Assembly (NCBI GenBank): GCA_964016885.1
Contig: OZ024740.1
Location: 314,774,001-314,838,000, forward strand
DNA length: 64,000 nt
From: Eledone cirrhosa
Lineage: Eukaryota
Direction: 5' to 3'
The translations under genes were made by a program, and so were the position numbers. The notes under the pieces are model-generated. The model searched no databases, was not told the origin of the DNA, and was given only the letters and a program-made list of their open reading frames with translations. The number at the start of each line of letters is the position of its first letter. Position 1 is the first letter of the stretch. Below, one piece after another: positions 1 to 14,340 of this stretch.

Positions 1-75
1 TTATCCTTTCCTGGGGACTTGCATTTGCTTGATTTTCTGAGAGCAGATATTATATCCTGTACCTTGATTTCCTTT
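1..75 (-). pseudogene. Fragment of non-LTR retrotransposon RT N-terminal region (R4/Dong-like), runs off the window edge
   Basis: Minus strand reads EIKVQDIISALRKSSKCKSPGKD, the (W)KSPGxD motif just upstream of RT. Confidence 0.55.
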
Positions 76-364
76 AACATTCGGTTACTCTAAACGCAAT
101 ACAATGGATTTCAGAGTGATAGAAAATGTACACGTTTATATCTTTAATCCATACACAAAACGTATATATGAACAGTTTGAAATGGGACAGACATTTCACA
201 TTTGCACTGAGTTTATTGCAAGAATTGTACGGACCTGCTCGTCTCTATACTATATCTTACCCCTAAATACTAACTATTGATTTTCTAAGTTGACAAGATA
301 ATCTATTAATCCAAGGATAATTTTTGTTGTCGCATTTTTTTTCTGCCAAAATTTTACCCCAAAA

Positions 365-895
365 TTCCAAGTCTTCCCTAGAGACCTCAAGAGACAGCAA
401 GTTATAAGTGGACATTATGACTGGGATGGTTGATAACTGCCATATTTTTTTAGGGAAGAATGTAGTTCAGTAACAGCGATTTGTTTGGATTATGTACCTT
501 GAGTTTGTAAGAAGTATTGTTCTAGAAAATGTTTGTCAAATCATAAGAAAATCAACAGTTTGTTTTAAAGTAGTTGTTTGGTGCTATAACGATAGTATAA
601 CGGTGAAAAACAATGTTTTGGAGTTGCACAGAATATTTTTCGTAGGATATGAGCAGTTCCCATGAGTAATATTCTCTGAATGCCTTCAGTTTAGGGATTT
701 CTTTTGATTTCATCCCCTTTTACTATTATTTCTAAGGTATCTACAAGCACAGGTGGTGTTTTAGTCCTGAGTTTCCATATTTTGCCAATTTCTGTTTCAA
801 GATCTTTGTACTTGTCAGATTTTGGGAAGGTCCCGACAGATATATTTATATTGATTTGGACAGTCATATCGATGAGGAGGCATGACTTTTTCTGA
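365..895 (-). mobile_element. 3' end of R4/Dong-like non-LTR retrotransposon (restriction-like endonuclease C-terminus plus 3' UTR), degraded
   Basis: Minus strand 895->640 reads KKSCLLIDMTVQ..KYKDLETEIGKIWKLRTKTPPVLV...GTAHILRKIL, matching the RLE C-terminal consensus; frameshifted. Confidence 0.7.
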
Positions 896-1001
896 ACAAC
901 AGGTTTCAGATGTCAGCAGACAGGCAGAGAGACTGACAGACAGACATCTGTATGTAAACAAATAATGCACGAAGCCGAATTTTCGGCTTTCTAAGCACTG
1001 A

Positions 1002-1058
<57 letters not shown>

Positions 1059-1321
1059 TATAAAGAAAGTGCTCAAGCGCAGAAATGCTATAAAGATAGC
1101 TTTGACATGGAGGAAATCGTAATGGCTACTTAGCTTAATGATTAAAGCGTCTAGCCGGTATCTGGAAGATATGGGGTTTATTTCTTCATAGCGGCAGATG
1201 GCATCTTCTCTTTTCGTCTCTTTAGGGTATTTATCTTATTTTATAAGCTATAATTGTAACATTTGTGCGCTTGACCATTTTCTTTGTACATATATACATA
1301 TATATATACATAGTTTCTCAC

Positions 1322-1441
<120 letters not shown>

Positions 1442-1791
1442 AGGGTACTCCACTTTTCCCCTGCCTCCACGCCACATGTTGTTAATAACAGAATATTAAC
1501 TTTGGCAAAGCTTCTCAAAAGGCTGCGATTTTAACGAAATATTTGAAATTACTCCTTGTTTAAGAATCTTGTAAACATCTCAAGGTTTTTAAGGTCATAG
1601 AGAAAAAAAACAATTTGTTCATTAAAAATGAAATTGGATTTATGGGCGCGGGGTAGTCAGGAAATTTTGAAGTTTTGTTCTTTTGCTTTTCCGAAAGTAT
1701 TTAAACAAAGAAAATATTACAATTTGGTTAAATATTAAATACTGATGAGTCTATTTAATATAATGGTTTCTACTTTTTTTTACTTTGAAAA

Positions 1792-1967
1792 TAATTGTTT
1801 CTACTTTAGGCACAATGCCAGCAATATTGGGGGAAGGGAAAATCGATTAGACCGACCCCAGTGCATTACTGGGGCTTTATTGATCGACCCCGTAAGGATG
1901 AAAGGCAAAGCTAACCTCGGCGGGATTTGAGCTTACAATGTAAAGGGCCGTAACTCTATGCTGCGAA
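1792..1967 (-). mobile_element. tRNA-derived SINE, family A (5'-truncated)
   Basis: Reverse complement of family consensus ...aatcccgccgaggttagctttgcctttcatccttacggggtcgat...cctaaagtagaaacaatta. Confidence 0.85.
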
Positions 1968-2002
1968 ATATAAATATAAGTACACACATACATATATATA
2001 TA

Positions 2003-2441
2003 TAGACCTGAAAAATGCGCAAGCTCAAAAGAGCCACAGAATGTTATAATAAACCTTCAAAAATGTGGGACTAGAATTGTTGCTCAAAAATATTGTAATC
2101 ATTATCTATCGTACACTCTGTGGCATCCTTTTATAACAAAAGAGACTCATAACGAACTCAAGACGACACGATAATTATTTAAGCTAATGTTCAATATCTC
2201 ATATTAGATGTTTAGTAATGTTTAGAAATGCACTTAAACCGAATTCTATATTATAAATTCACTTAAATAATTATCGTGTCGTCTTGAGTTCGTTATGAGT
2301 CTCTTTTTTATAAAAGGATGCCACAAAGTGTACGATAGATAATGATTACAATATTTTTGAGCAACAACTCTAGTCCCACACTTTTGAAGGTTTATTATAA
2401 CATTCTGTGGCTCTTTTGATCTTGCGCATTTTTCAGGTCTA
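2003..2441. repeat. Long inverted repeat (~180 bp arms, ~80 bp spacer) next to (TA)n
   Basis: 2003-2183 is the reverse complement of 2262-2441 with few mismatches. Confidence 0.9.
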
Positions 2442-3168
2442 GTTTAATATTTTTTTAAGGCAACGCTTCTAATAACTCTAGTTAAACATGATATATGTTA
2501 ATAATAAATTATCGTTGTAATGTAATTAGATTATAAAATTGTTATTTTATAAATGATCTTATAAATATTATTGTAAGATGTATAAAAATATTTTCAGATG
2601 ATAAACGACGAAATACAGGAGGAAGATTCGAAAGGGAAACGATAAATAAACGTGCAAACAAAATGGCGGATGCTTTTGAGCAACAATTACTCTCGTTGGT
2701 TGATTAGCCAATAAGACGATGAAATTAGCCAATAAGACGATACATTACAAAACATGTTTGGCACGCGATCACCACGGCCAACGACAGCCCTTGAATTTTT
2801 TATTCATAAGCTACGCGTATATGTCAGACACGCAGACTTAAAACATTCTGTTGTTAGTCACTGCGTGTCTAACAGATATATATATAAATAACAAAAATAA
2901 TAATTGTTTCTACTATTGGCACAAGGCCACCAATTATCCCAGTACATTACTGGTACCTTATTTTATCGACCCCGTAAGGATGAAAGGCTAAGTTTGTTGA
3001 TATTACATAAATCGTTTAATCATTATAATTATTTCCACGGTTCTCCATGCAATCGAGAAGTCCTTCATGCATTTGTTGTTGTTATGAGAATGGTATCCTC
3101 AGATGAAAACCGATTTAGTGATATGCTGCCGGCAGGAAACACACGTCCTTCTGCTTGTGTGCCCAGCA

Positions 3169-3257
<89 letters not shown>

Positions 3258-3395
3258 TTTTATCTTGACTCTGTATTCCGTTTATCTTTCACCGAAAGTG
3301 ATTTTTGAATGCATCTCTTCTTTCCATGATATCCGGATTACATTGAGTTCTTCATACGGATTGGTCACTGCCGTAAACTCTTGGTAGATTTATCT

Positions 3396-3515
<120 letters not shown>

Positions 3516-3606
3516 GAACAGAGAACAAAAAACAGAGAGGCAGTACAAATGATATGGTTTTTAGTTTCACGCTATATATATTTCTATATATGTGTATGTA
3601 TGTGTA

Positions 3607-3697
<91 letters not shown>

Positions 3698-3819
3698 GTG
3701 TGTGTATATGTGTATATATATGTATATATGTGTGTAAGTGTGTATATGTGTATGTATATGTGTGTGTGTGCGTGTGCATGCATGAGAGCGTGTGTATGTG
3801 TGTGTGTGTATATATATAT

Positions 3820-5090
<1,271 letters not shown>

Positions 5091-5490
5091 TATGTATGTA
5101 CACACATATGTATATGTGTATGTATATATTTGTATATATGTATGTATGTGTGTATGTACCAATATGTATGTTTGTTGTGTGTGTGCCTGCCTGTGTGTGC
5201 GTGCGTGTATGTCTGTGTACGTGTGTAAGTGGTGCGCGTGTGAATGTGCTTGTCGACACTTGGAATATATATTAAGAGAAACTTCACAATAAGGGGAATC
5301 ACCCCAACACTTGAATCTGTTGATGGAACCCTTTCTGCCTTTGTTAATATTATAGCTTTAAAGAATTATATTTTAATGAACTTCCTTTTCTTTAAATCCT
5401 TCAACCAATGACCTCCGCCCATCCCAATCTCCACCCTCTCCTACCACCAGAAAAGAAAAGATATAAATACTACCACTTACTTGGACAGCC

Positions 5491-5541
5491 AGCTTCCTGA
5501 TGATTTCTCACGAATGAAACAGTTCTAGTCCTGTAGAAGCT
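5491..5541 (+). ncRNA. Type I hammerhead ribozyme
   Basis: agcttc-CTGATGA-tttc tcac gaat-GAAA-CAG ttctagtc CTG-TA-gaagct; perfect 6 bp stem I, GUA site; follows a probable PLE ORF end (~5260-5360). Confidence 0.85.
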
Positions 5542-5635
5542 CTTCTATATTAAAAATGTTATACTCTGCTATGTATTGAGTACCTTACTTACTGTGATTA
5601 CCTCGGATTCAACCCGGAATAACTTATATGTATGT

Positions 5636-5680
<45 letters not shown>

Positions 5681-6042
5681 CATACATATACATATATACA
5701 GTGGCAGACTGGGTCTAAATATATTGGTTGCCAGGAGATGAAGGGGGCCCACTTACATATAGAATGCTATCATTTAATTTTTATAATGAATAAATAACAT
5801 TTTCGAAAAATACATAAGTAGAAACAAAACTGTGCAATCAAATTTTTGCGGAAAAACATTTTACCTTCTCCAATAAAAAACATTATGTATTTTGCGAAAT
5901 CCAGAGACTTTCAATAATGACCAGAAGTTGACCCTAAATATTACCAATAGCTTTAGGAACGACAACACATCTTTTTAACTTTCAACAGTTAAACATACAT
6001 AGGAATAATAAGGTTGTTACCAAAGAGCCAGAAGATTGACAA

Positions 6043-6440
6043 GTCGACTCTAAATATTACTAATAGCACTAGGAAAGCCATGAACGACACCACATCTTTT
6101 AAACTTTGATTTTGAAAGTAGGTTTATAATTATCAATTTTCATTATCCTTTTGTAGACGGTGGGGATCCTTGTCTGGAGTTCGATCTCGGTCGGGAGTAG
6201 GGTTCTCGGTAAACCTTTTTCAGTTTTTTCTATTGGTTGTAAAATAAAAACTGAAAAAGGATTGAACACAAGGCCAGCATCTCCACCGTCTCTAGTACTT
6301 ACCGCTAGACCACCGAGACAACGACGAAAATATCATGAAAATTCATACTTATAAACCTACTTTCAAAATTTTCAAAAGAAAATGATGTGGTGTCGTTCAT
6401 GTCTTTCTTAATGTTATTGCTCCAAATTAAGGTCGACTTC
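6043..6440. repeat. Old imperfect fold-back
   Basis: catgaacgacaccacatc/gatgtggtgtcgttcatg and ttttgaaagtaggtttataa/ttataaacctactttcaaaa pair across a centre at ~6235. Confidence 0.75.
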
Positions 6441-6523
6441 TAAATCATTTGGATGTTCCATAAACTACATCCTCGTTTTACTTCTCATTTACCTAGACTA
6501 CATTTTAACCTGTAATCCATGTT

Positions 6524-6524
<1 letters not shown>

Positions 6525-6596
<72 letters not shown>
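6525..6596. repeat. (TATC)n tract, 5' flank of LINE
   Basis: Pure TATC run abutting the LINE 5' truncation point. Confidence 0.95.
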
Positions 6597-9500
6597 GCAG
6601 CGGATCATCTAGATCGTACCTAGATATATTTTTAGTTAGAAATAAGGACAGGGACTTTTTAAGCTGTCCAGAAATGCTCATGGTTGGCTATTCAGACCAC
6701 AAGTTGGTGACCTGCATGGTCAACCTTGATAGAACGCATAGACAGGGCCCCGGTTACTGGAAGCTCAACTTGTCCTTGCCGGCAAGTAGAGCCTACAGGA
6801 ATCGGATTAGTACGTTAGTTAAGGAACGGTTGACTGGAGCGATCGTCAACAGCAGGTGGTGGGTATCTCGATTGAATTTAGTAAGGTTCTAGCTGCGGAT
6901 AGGAATAGGAAGGAAAGGGAGCTAATAGATAGAGTAGAAGAGGCAATTAGAAGCGGCGACGTGGCCAGAGTGCTAGCGTCGAGAACGGCTTTGAGCCAGT
7001 TTTTCGACGCGAAGCACGAAGGTTGCGTTGTCCGAAGTAAAATACGTGCTCTAGGGAACGAGGGGACCAAAGCTGTTAGCTGGGCCCGCGTGACAGAGGC
7101 CAACAGTGGAACTAAATCCACCATCCGGTCTTTGCGAGACCTGGATGGACGGGCGATTCTTGAGCCTGAGCAGATGTGTGAGGCCTTTCAAAGGCACTTT
7201 GCCCGACTGTTCGGGAGGGGCGGGGAGCCGGTTGGGAACGTGGACTTCGGTCCATACCTCGACGGCCTGCCGCGCCTCTCGGACAGGGAGGCGAAGTCCT
7301 GCGAGGAGCCGATTTCGGCCGCTGAGATAGAGGACGTGCTGAGCCAATGCGGCAAACGCAAATCCCCGGGTCTCGATGGTCTTCCTTACGAATTATATCT
7401 AGCTATGCCGGACTTGTTCCCCGATCTCCTCGAGGCGGTCTACTGCAACTGGCAACAGAACGGGAGAATTCCCTGTACTGTTACCAAGGGCGTAGTCACG
7501 CTAGTGAGGAAGGACGAGAGCAAGGGGGACGAAATAAGTAACTTCAGGCCCATAACTCTGCTAAATACAGAGTTACAGATTTTGGCTAAGGTGCTAGCAA
7601 AGAGGTTGGCGCTTGTCGTGGGCAACCTGGTGGGAGATGCGCAGACATGCGCTATCCCGTCCAGGTCCATCCATGACAACCTCCACCTCATGCGATACAT
7701 CATAGAGAGGGTTGGGAACGAACCCGGCTTTGGTGGGGCTCTGATCAACTTGGATCAATCTAAGGCGTTCGATAGGGTCGACCATGGTTACCTGGATGCG
7801 GTGCTAGCGGCGGCAGGCTTCGGACCCGTTTTCAGGGGCTGGATCACTGCTATGCACAGCAGCCGCATCTGCTCTAGGGTCAAGGTGAACGGCTACCTCT
7901 CGGAGCCGTTCAAAATCGCGCGGTCCATCCGACAAGGGTGCCCTCTCTCCTCCCTTCTGTATGTGTTGACTCTCGAGCCACTACTGCGGAAGTTGGAGTT
8001 GTTGCAGGGCATCCCTTTGGAACCGGGATTGCGGAAAGCGGTGTCAGCCTACGCCGATGATGTGACAGTAATGGTGTCGACGGCCTCCGAAATCGAGGCG
8101 GTCGGCACCTTACTGGAGGAGTACGAAAAGTTCACAGGGGCTAAGCTGAACCGGGACAAGTCGATCGGTTTGCAACTCGGCACGTGGAGGGGCAGACCGA
8201 TGCCCTCCGATGGCGTCGTCGGACGCTGGACGGAGGGCCCGGTGAAGTTGCTCGGGGTCTGGTTCGGACCGGACCTCCAGGTGGAGAAAAACTGGGCGGA
8301 GGTTACGAACAGGGTGTTTGCACTGACCCAGAAGTGGGCCAGTTGCAAACTATCCCTGAAAGGTCGGGCGGAGGTGGCGAACACTTATATAGCGTCCGTC
8401 ATCTACTACCGCCTGACCGTAGTGCCCTGCCCAAGGGAAACCCTCACCAAGATGGAGCGCGCGCTCTTCCAATTCCTTTGGAAGAGGCGGGCTCCTATGG
8501 TGAGGAGATCCATCTGCTGTCAACACCCTTCGAAAGGAGGGCTGGGGATGCCGTGGCTAATGATGCGTAAACACGCATTAAGGCTACGGCACCTCTACGT
8601 ATTCCTCACCGGACAACCGGTGTGGGCCTCGTTTGTGAGACGAACCTTTCCCAGACTCGTCTCACTCACCGAGCTGCAATCCTGGGTCAAGCAAAGAATG
8701 AGAAAACTGGGCGCCTGGCACACTGAGTGTGCCCAGGCGCTCACCGCCCTCTGGCAGGCGGATCCGGTTATCAGTGGAGACTCCACCGCAACATTCTATA
8801 GAGGGCTGGTACGCAGCAGGTGCGACGACGCCCTCGGAGAAGCCCTAGACATGGAGGAGGACGAACTGGCCAGCCTGTTCGGTAGGACATTCAGCCCGGG
8901 ACCTATGGACAACTTCCAGAAGTCCCTGGCCTGGCAGTGCTACCGAGGGGCTTTACCCGTTCGAGAAAGGCTCTACAGACACGGGCGCCCGGGTAGGGAC
9001 CCCGCCAAAAAGATCTGTCCCAGATGCGTGTGCGACGAGGAAACCGTTGCACACGCATTGGTACACTGCTCGGGCGTAGCCGATCTGTGGGGCTATGTCG
9101 AACAACTGCTGTCAAGGGTGGGGCCGATCCGGTTGACCACCGAGTCTATTGTAATGATCAAGCCGCCTCCCCCCTTCAAAGATGAAGCAGAGGCGGTGTT
9201 TCTGTGCGTAATAGCCATGGCGAAAGAGGTTGTATGGTGGACGCGTCTGAAAGGACTGAGGTCAGGCACCTTTCTCTCTGGCCAACAACTGGTCCGTTTC
9301 TTCCGATATCATTTCGGAAGAAGGATCAGGATGGAGAGAGAGGTGCTGCACCACAGTCGTTTTTATGAAAGGTGGGTGAAAGTGGCGAGAATGGCCCGTG
9401 TGAATGGGCCTTCTCTTTACATAAGCCTGTAGGTGGAAAAGAGGAAGGAACGAGGGAGCACCCCCTCTCTGTGCTCCTGAGGAAAAGGGTTGCACACTTT

Positions 9501-9697
9501 TTTCGGGGGTGTGTGCGACCCCCCAAGGCGCCTCCTCTCTATTGAGGATTTTGTTAAAAATTTTATTTTTTTGTTATATCTTATTTTATTTTTATATTTT
9601 GTTATTGCCTCCTCCTTATTGAGGACGCCTTTTTGTGTAAACTCCCCCCTTTGTACTTGTCCCACTTTTGATGCCCTAGTGGCAAATAAAAGAAACA
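6597..9697 (+). mobile_element. 5'-truncated L1/Tx1-clade non-LTR retrotransposon
   Basis: GC-rich island with APE C-terminus, RT, CCHC knuckle, and a 3' UTR ending AATAAAAGAAAC followed by (TATC)n. Confidence 0.92.
6599..9432 (+). pseudogene. ORF2 (APE endonuclease remnant, reverse transcriptase, zinc knuckle), one frameshift at ~6866
   Basis: SRSYLDIFLV, GYSDH, GPGYWKLN in the first frame; KSPGLDG, FRPITLLN, LDQSKAFDRVDH, QGCPLS, AYADD, CPRCVCDEETVAHALVHC in the 858-aa frame. Confidence 0.92.
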
Positions 9698-9748
<51 letters not shown>

Positions 9749-9792
9749 GTATTTGTCCCCTTCTTTTGTGCCCCTGTGGCTAATAAAGAAAT
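9749..9792 (+). mobile_element. 44-bp 3' terminus of a paralogous Tx1-like element inside the same (TATC)n tract
   Basis: gtatttgtccccttcttttgtgcccctgtggctaataaagaaa resembles 9653-9695 (gtacttgtcccacttttgatgccctagtggcaaataaaagaaa); TATC on both sides. Confidence 0.75.
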
Positions 9793-9837
9793 CTATCTAT
9801 CTATCTATATGTATAAAATATATATATATATATGTAT

Positions 9838-9917
<80 letters not shown>

Positions 9918-9965
9918 ATATATTAATTCTGGCAATATTATTACACAAATATGACCCTCCCCAAG

Positions 9966-10025
<60 letters not shown>

Positions 10026-10354
10026 TTGTGGGTCTGTGTTTATATATGTATGTTTGCATGCATAAATGAATACACAGCGCTTTAGGTTTAGTAGAATGTA
10101 CAACCACTGATTCCAGCTATTTGCACTATCGTATACTTTGGTTTCTAGTAATTCCCTGAGGAATTGGTTGACCAAATGTTTTGTTTAATTGTTTTATTTA
10201 TTAAACATTTTTAAAATTCTTTTTCTTAGATATCAGGTATGTTTTGAAAGCAAAGCATTGGGCCCTGCAATGCTACTGTGGGCTCTTGCAATGCTAACGT
10301 GGGCTCCCTGGGGTCCACTTGCCATTGGGCAACCTGGCAACCTGACTAGTCCAC

Positions 10355-10414
<60 letters not shown>

Positions 10415-10579
10415 CGTAAAGGGCCGTAACTCTATGCTTCAAAATATAAAGGTGGTTATTTAGACGACACTGATACGCACACACGCATTCAATTATAATA
10501 TACGGCTTGGAAAAATCTCTTTCCTTGAGCCATTTTATTGTAAGAGACTCTTTTGAGTTTCTAACGCAATATATACCTT

Positions 10580-10660
<81 letters not shown>

Positions 10661-10671
<11 letters not shown>

Positions 10672-10752
10672 CGTGAAATAGGAAAATTATAGTAATTAAC
10701 TCACTTTAAGTGAGTTAATTACTATAATTTTCTTATTTTACGTCTTTTATAT
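10661..10752. repeat. Near-perfect palindrome abutting (TA)n
   Basis: aaaagacgtgaaataggaaaattatagtaattaactcactt / aagtgagttaattactataattttcttattttacgtctttt. Confidence 0.9.
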
Positions 10753-10861
10753 AATTGTTCTACATCTCTTTGTATTGAACCACAAAGTTACTAAGACAAA
10801 ACCTATATCTCTGCTAGCGTAAGTATACATCCGTATAAGTATGTTGGTAGATATACTAATT

Positions 10862-10908
<47 letters not shown>

Positions 10909-10912
<4 letters not shown>

Positions 10913-11726
10913 TGGAGGCTTAGTAAAATCGAATCTTTGGCTGTGAGCAAGCAAATTCGACCTACTATATCAATGAGTTGGCAAAGCACTCCTTAGAGTA
11001 GTAACATACGTTTAAATAGCTTGACAAATTGAACATTGTGGTAGGCAAAACCTAACACATAATACCAAAGTAACGAAAAAACTAACAGGTTGAAAAAATA
11101 CACCTGGACAAATCAAATATATATATATATGTAGAAGGTCTATTTAAATTGTTGGGATACAACAAGCAAATATTTTTATAACTGATATAAAGCACTCAAC
11201 AAATTATTGGAGTAAAAATACGATATATTAACAAATGGAAACTATATTTATAAAACCATATTTATTTCATTATACATATTTCAAGGACACCAAGTTAAAT
11301 TATGGTGTGCTTTCATCAGACTTAATATAATATAGATCAGTTTTATAAATAAATATTGACATACCCTTAATATAAGTGGGGGCTTAGTAAAATCGAATCT
11401 TTGGCTGTGAGCAAGCAAATTCGACCTACAATATCAATGAGTTGGCAAAGCACTCCTTAGAGTAATAACTGTTTCTACTTTAGGCACAAGGCCAGCAATT
11501 ACCCAGTGCATTGGGAGTAATAACATACGTTTAAATAGCTTGACAAATTGAACAACAGGAATGGTCGCATTCTTTAAGGGTATGTCAATGTTTATTTATA
11601 AAACTGATCTATATTATATTTTGTCTGATGAAAGCACACCATAATTTAACTTGGTATCCTTGAAATATGTATAATGACATAAATATGGTTTTATAAATAT
11701 AGTTTCCATTTGTTAATATATCGTAT
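10909..11726. mobile_element. Penelope-like pLTR composite: partial direct repeat plus inverted copy, hammerhead-like motif in both arms
   Basis: 10909-11035 repeats at 11373-11555; 11218-11370 is inverted at 11574-11725; CTGATGA-aagcacacc..ggt(g/a)tcctt-GAAA at 11625-11665. Confidence 0.7.
11470..11514 (-). mobile_element. 45-bp 3' fragment of SINE A with 10-bp TSD
   Basis: GAGTAATAAC at 11460-11469 and 11515-11524; empty site in paralogues near 10997 and 26520. Confidence 0.85.
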
Positions 11727-11730
11727 ATAT

Positions 11731-11837
11731 ATATATAGTGAGTTAGAAACTCAGAGTAGTCTCTTACAATTAAATAGCTCTAAGAAAAAAGCTTTTTAAT
11801 TGTAAGAGACTACTCTGAGTTCTAACTCACTATATAT
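11731..11837. repeat. Palindrome bounded by TA runs
   Basis: atatatagtgagttagaaactcagagtagtctcttacaattaaa / tttaattgtaagagactactctgagttctaactcactatatat. Confidence 0.9.
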
Positions 11838-12007
11838 TTGTCGGCTTCATCATGTAGAGCTAATTTTAATGTTCCGTTAGCCAGGCTGCTATTTTTAGCG
11901 GCAAGGAATTTCGAGACATGCTGGGTTCTCAAGACACATGTGATAATTCTTATCGCACGCAATTCAGACTATAATATTTTTAGAAGTGGAAGGATCACTA
12001 ATTTCTC

Positions 12008-12088
12008 AACAACTACTGAGGAAGAGAGAAAAAGTGGACTTCACTTAATAAGATGTTGCGAAACAGTCTCCAAAACTGTCTAGTTGTT
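12008..12088 (+). ncRNA. Type I hammerhead ribozyme (stem II degenerate)
   Basis: aacaacta-CTGAGGA-...-GAAA-CAG tctccaaaa CTG-TC-tagttgtt; 8 bp stem I, GUC site. Confidence 0.7.
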
Positions 12089-12312
12089 CCCAGGCGATTG
12101 CTCAATATAGGTTTGTTATTTTTCTTAATTTAATATTTAAAGTTAAGTCTGAAAAACCATATTGCTGTAGTTAGTATTTTTTCACCCTAGCAAACTTGGT
12201 CCTTACGATTCGAACACATGTATGTTTATATTAGTGTTCATCTCTCTTGTTTATTCAATTATATTATATATATATATATATATATATATTTAGTCTTCAC
12301 ATTTATTATTAT

Positions 12313-12362
<50 letters not shown>

Positions 12363-12439
12363 AATGTAATCTAAGTTTTTCGAATATTAATAATAACATT
12401 CGATTCGTTTGCAATTATGCAAACAAGCCTCAATTGTAT

Positions 12440-13410
<971 letters not shown>

Positions 13411-13688
13411 GCGTGCGTGTGTGTGTGTGTGTGTGTGGTGTGTGTATGTGTACATACGTACGTGCATGCACACATGTATATGTATATCAGAAGGATTTTC
13501 ATATCAGACCAAAGTACTAAAGCAGGAAGTTAAAGATTTACAAACAATCTCAGTGTTTCTAATAGTTGTAATCCTTCGAAAGAAGAATTTCCTTTGTTGT
13601 ATATTTCACCGAAATATTTCACCAGATGTAAGTTAGTGAATAACTTTCACATTTTGGGGTTTTGTTTATAGAGATAGGAACTTTATTA

Positions 13689-13898
13689 ATGGTTTCTGAT
13701 TTAGGCACACAGCCAACTATTTTGAGGGAGGGCAAGTCGATTACCCCCCCCCCTCTTCGTTTGTTACTGGTACTTTATTTTATCGACGCCGTAAGGATGA
13801 AGGGCAAAGCTAATCTCGGCGGGATTTGAACTCAGAATATAAAGGGACGTAACTCTATGTCGTAAAGCATGTTGCTTGACGCTCTACCGATTATGCCA
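13689..13898 (-). mobile_element. SINE A copy
   Basis: B-box (gggatttgaactc on +) and central domain match family A. Confidence 0.8.
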
Positions 13899-14189
13899 GG
13901 TCATCATAACTACATACACTTACATAACAGTAAAACACACGCACACGCACACATGTGCAAATACACATACGCATGAAAGAGTCGTAGGAGCGCCGTCGTT
14001 ATATTCGGCGTATCTTGACCACTTTAAACCTCAGACGGAGCCATTTCTCTCTCTATATCTGAACATAGTCAATTTCTTTAAGAGAGAGGGTGGGAGAAGG
14101 AGAGGGGGAGAGAGAGGGGGTAGAGAGAAGAAGAAGACCGAGAAGAAGAAGAAGAAGAAGAAGAAGAAGAAGAAATACAGAGGAATAAT

Positions 14190-14340
14190 CATTCCCAGTA
14201 TTGGACTGGTACTTTTTTATCGACCTTAAGAGGATGAAAGGCAAAGTTGATTTGAGCGGGATTTGAACACAGATCGTGGAGAGTCAGAACGAATACTGTA
14301 AAACATTCTAGCCGGCGTTCTAACTCTGCCAATTCACCGC
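14190..14340 (-). mobile_element. Diverged SINE A-related copy next to (GAA)n
   Basis: ggatgaaaggcaaagttga..gggatttgaac..ctgccaattcaccgc. Confidence 0.7.

Larger units (their letters stand above)
5699..10359. mobile_element. Possible non-autonomous hAT-like DNA transposon hosting nested insertions
   Basis: Left end CAGTGGCAGACTGG..GGTTGCCAGG; right end reverse complement TAGTGGTGGACTAG..GGTTGCCAGG; flanks catatata/tatatata. Confidence 0.4.

Noticed and set aside
7051-9115. Alternative-frame and antisense ORFs inside the LINE
   Set aside because: Expected shadows of a GC-rich coding frame.
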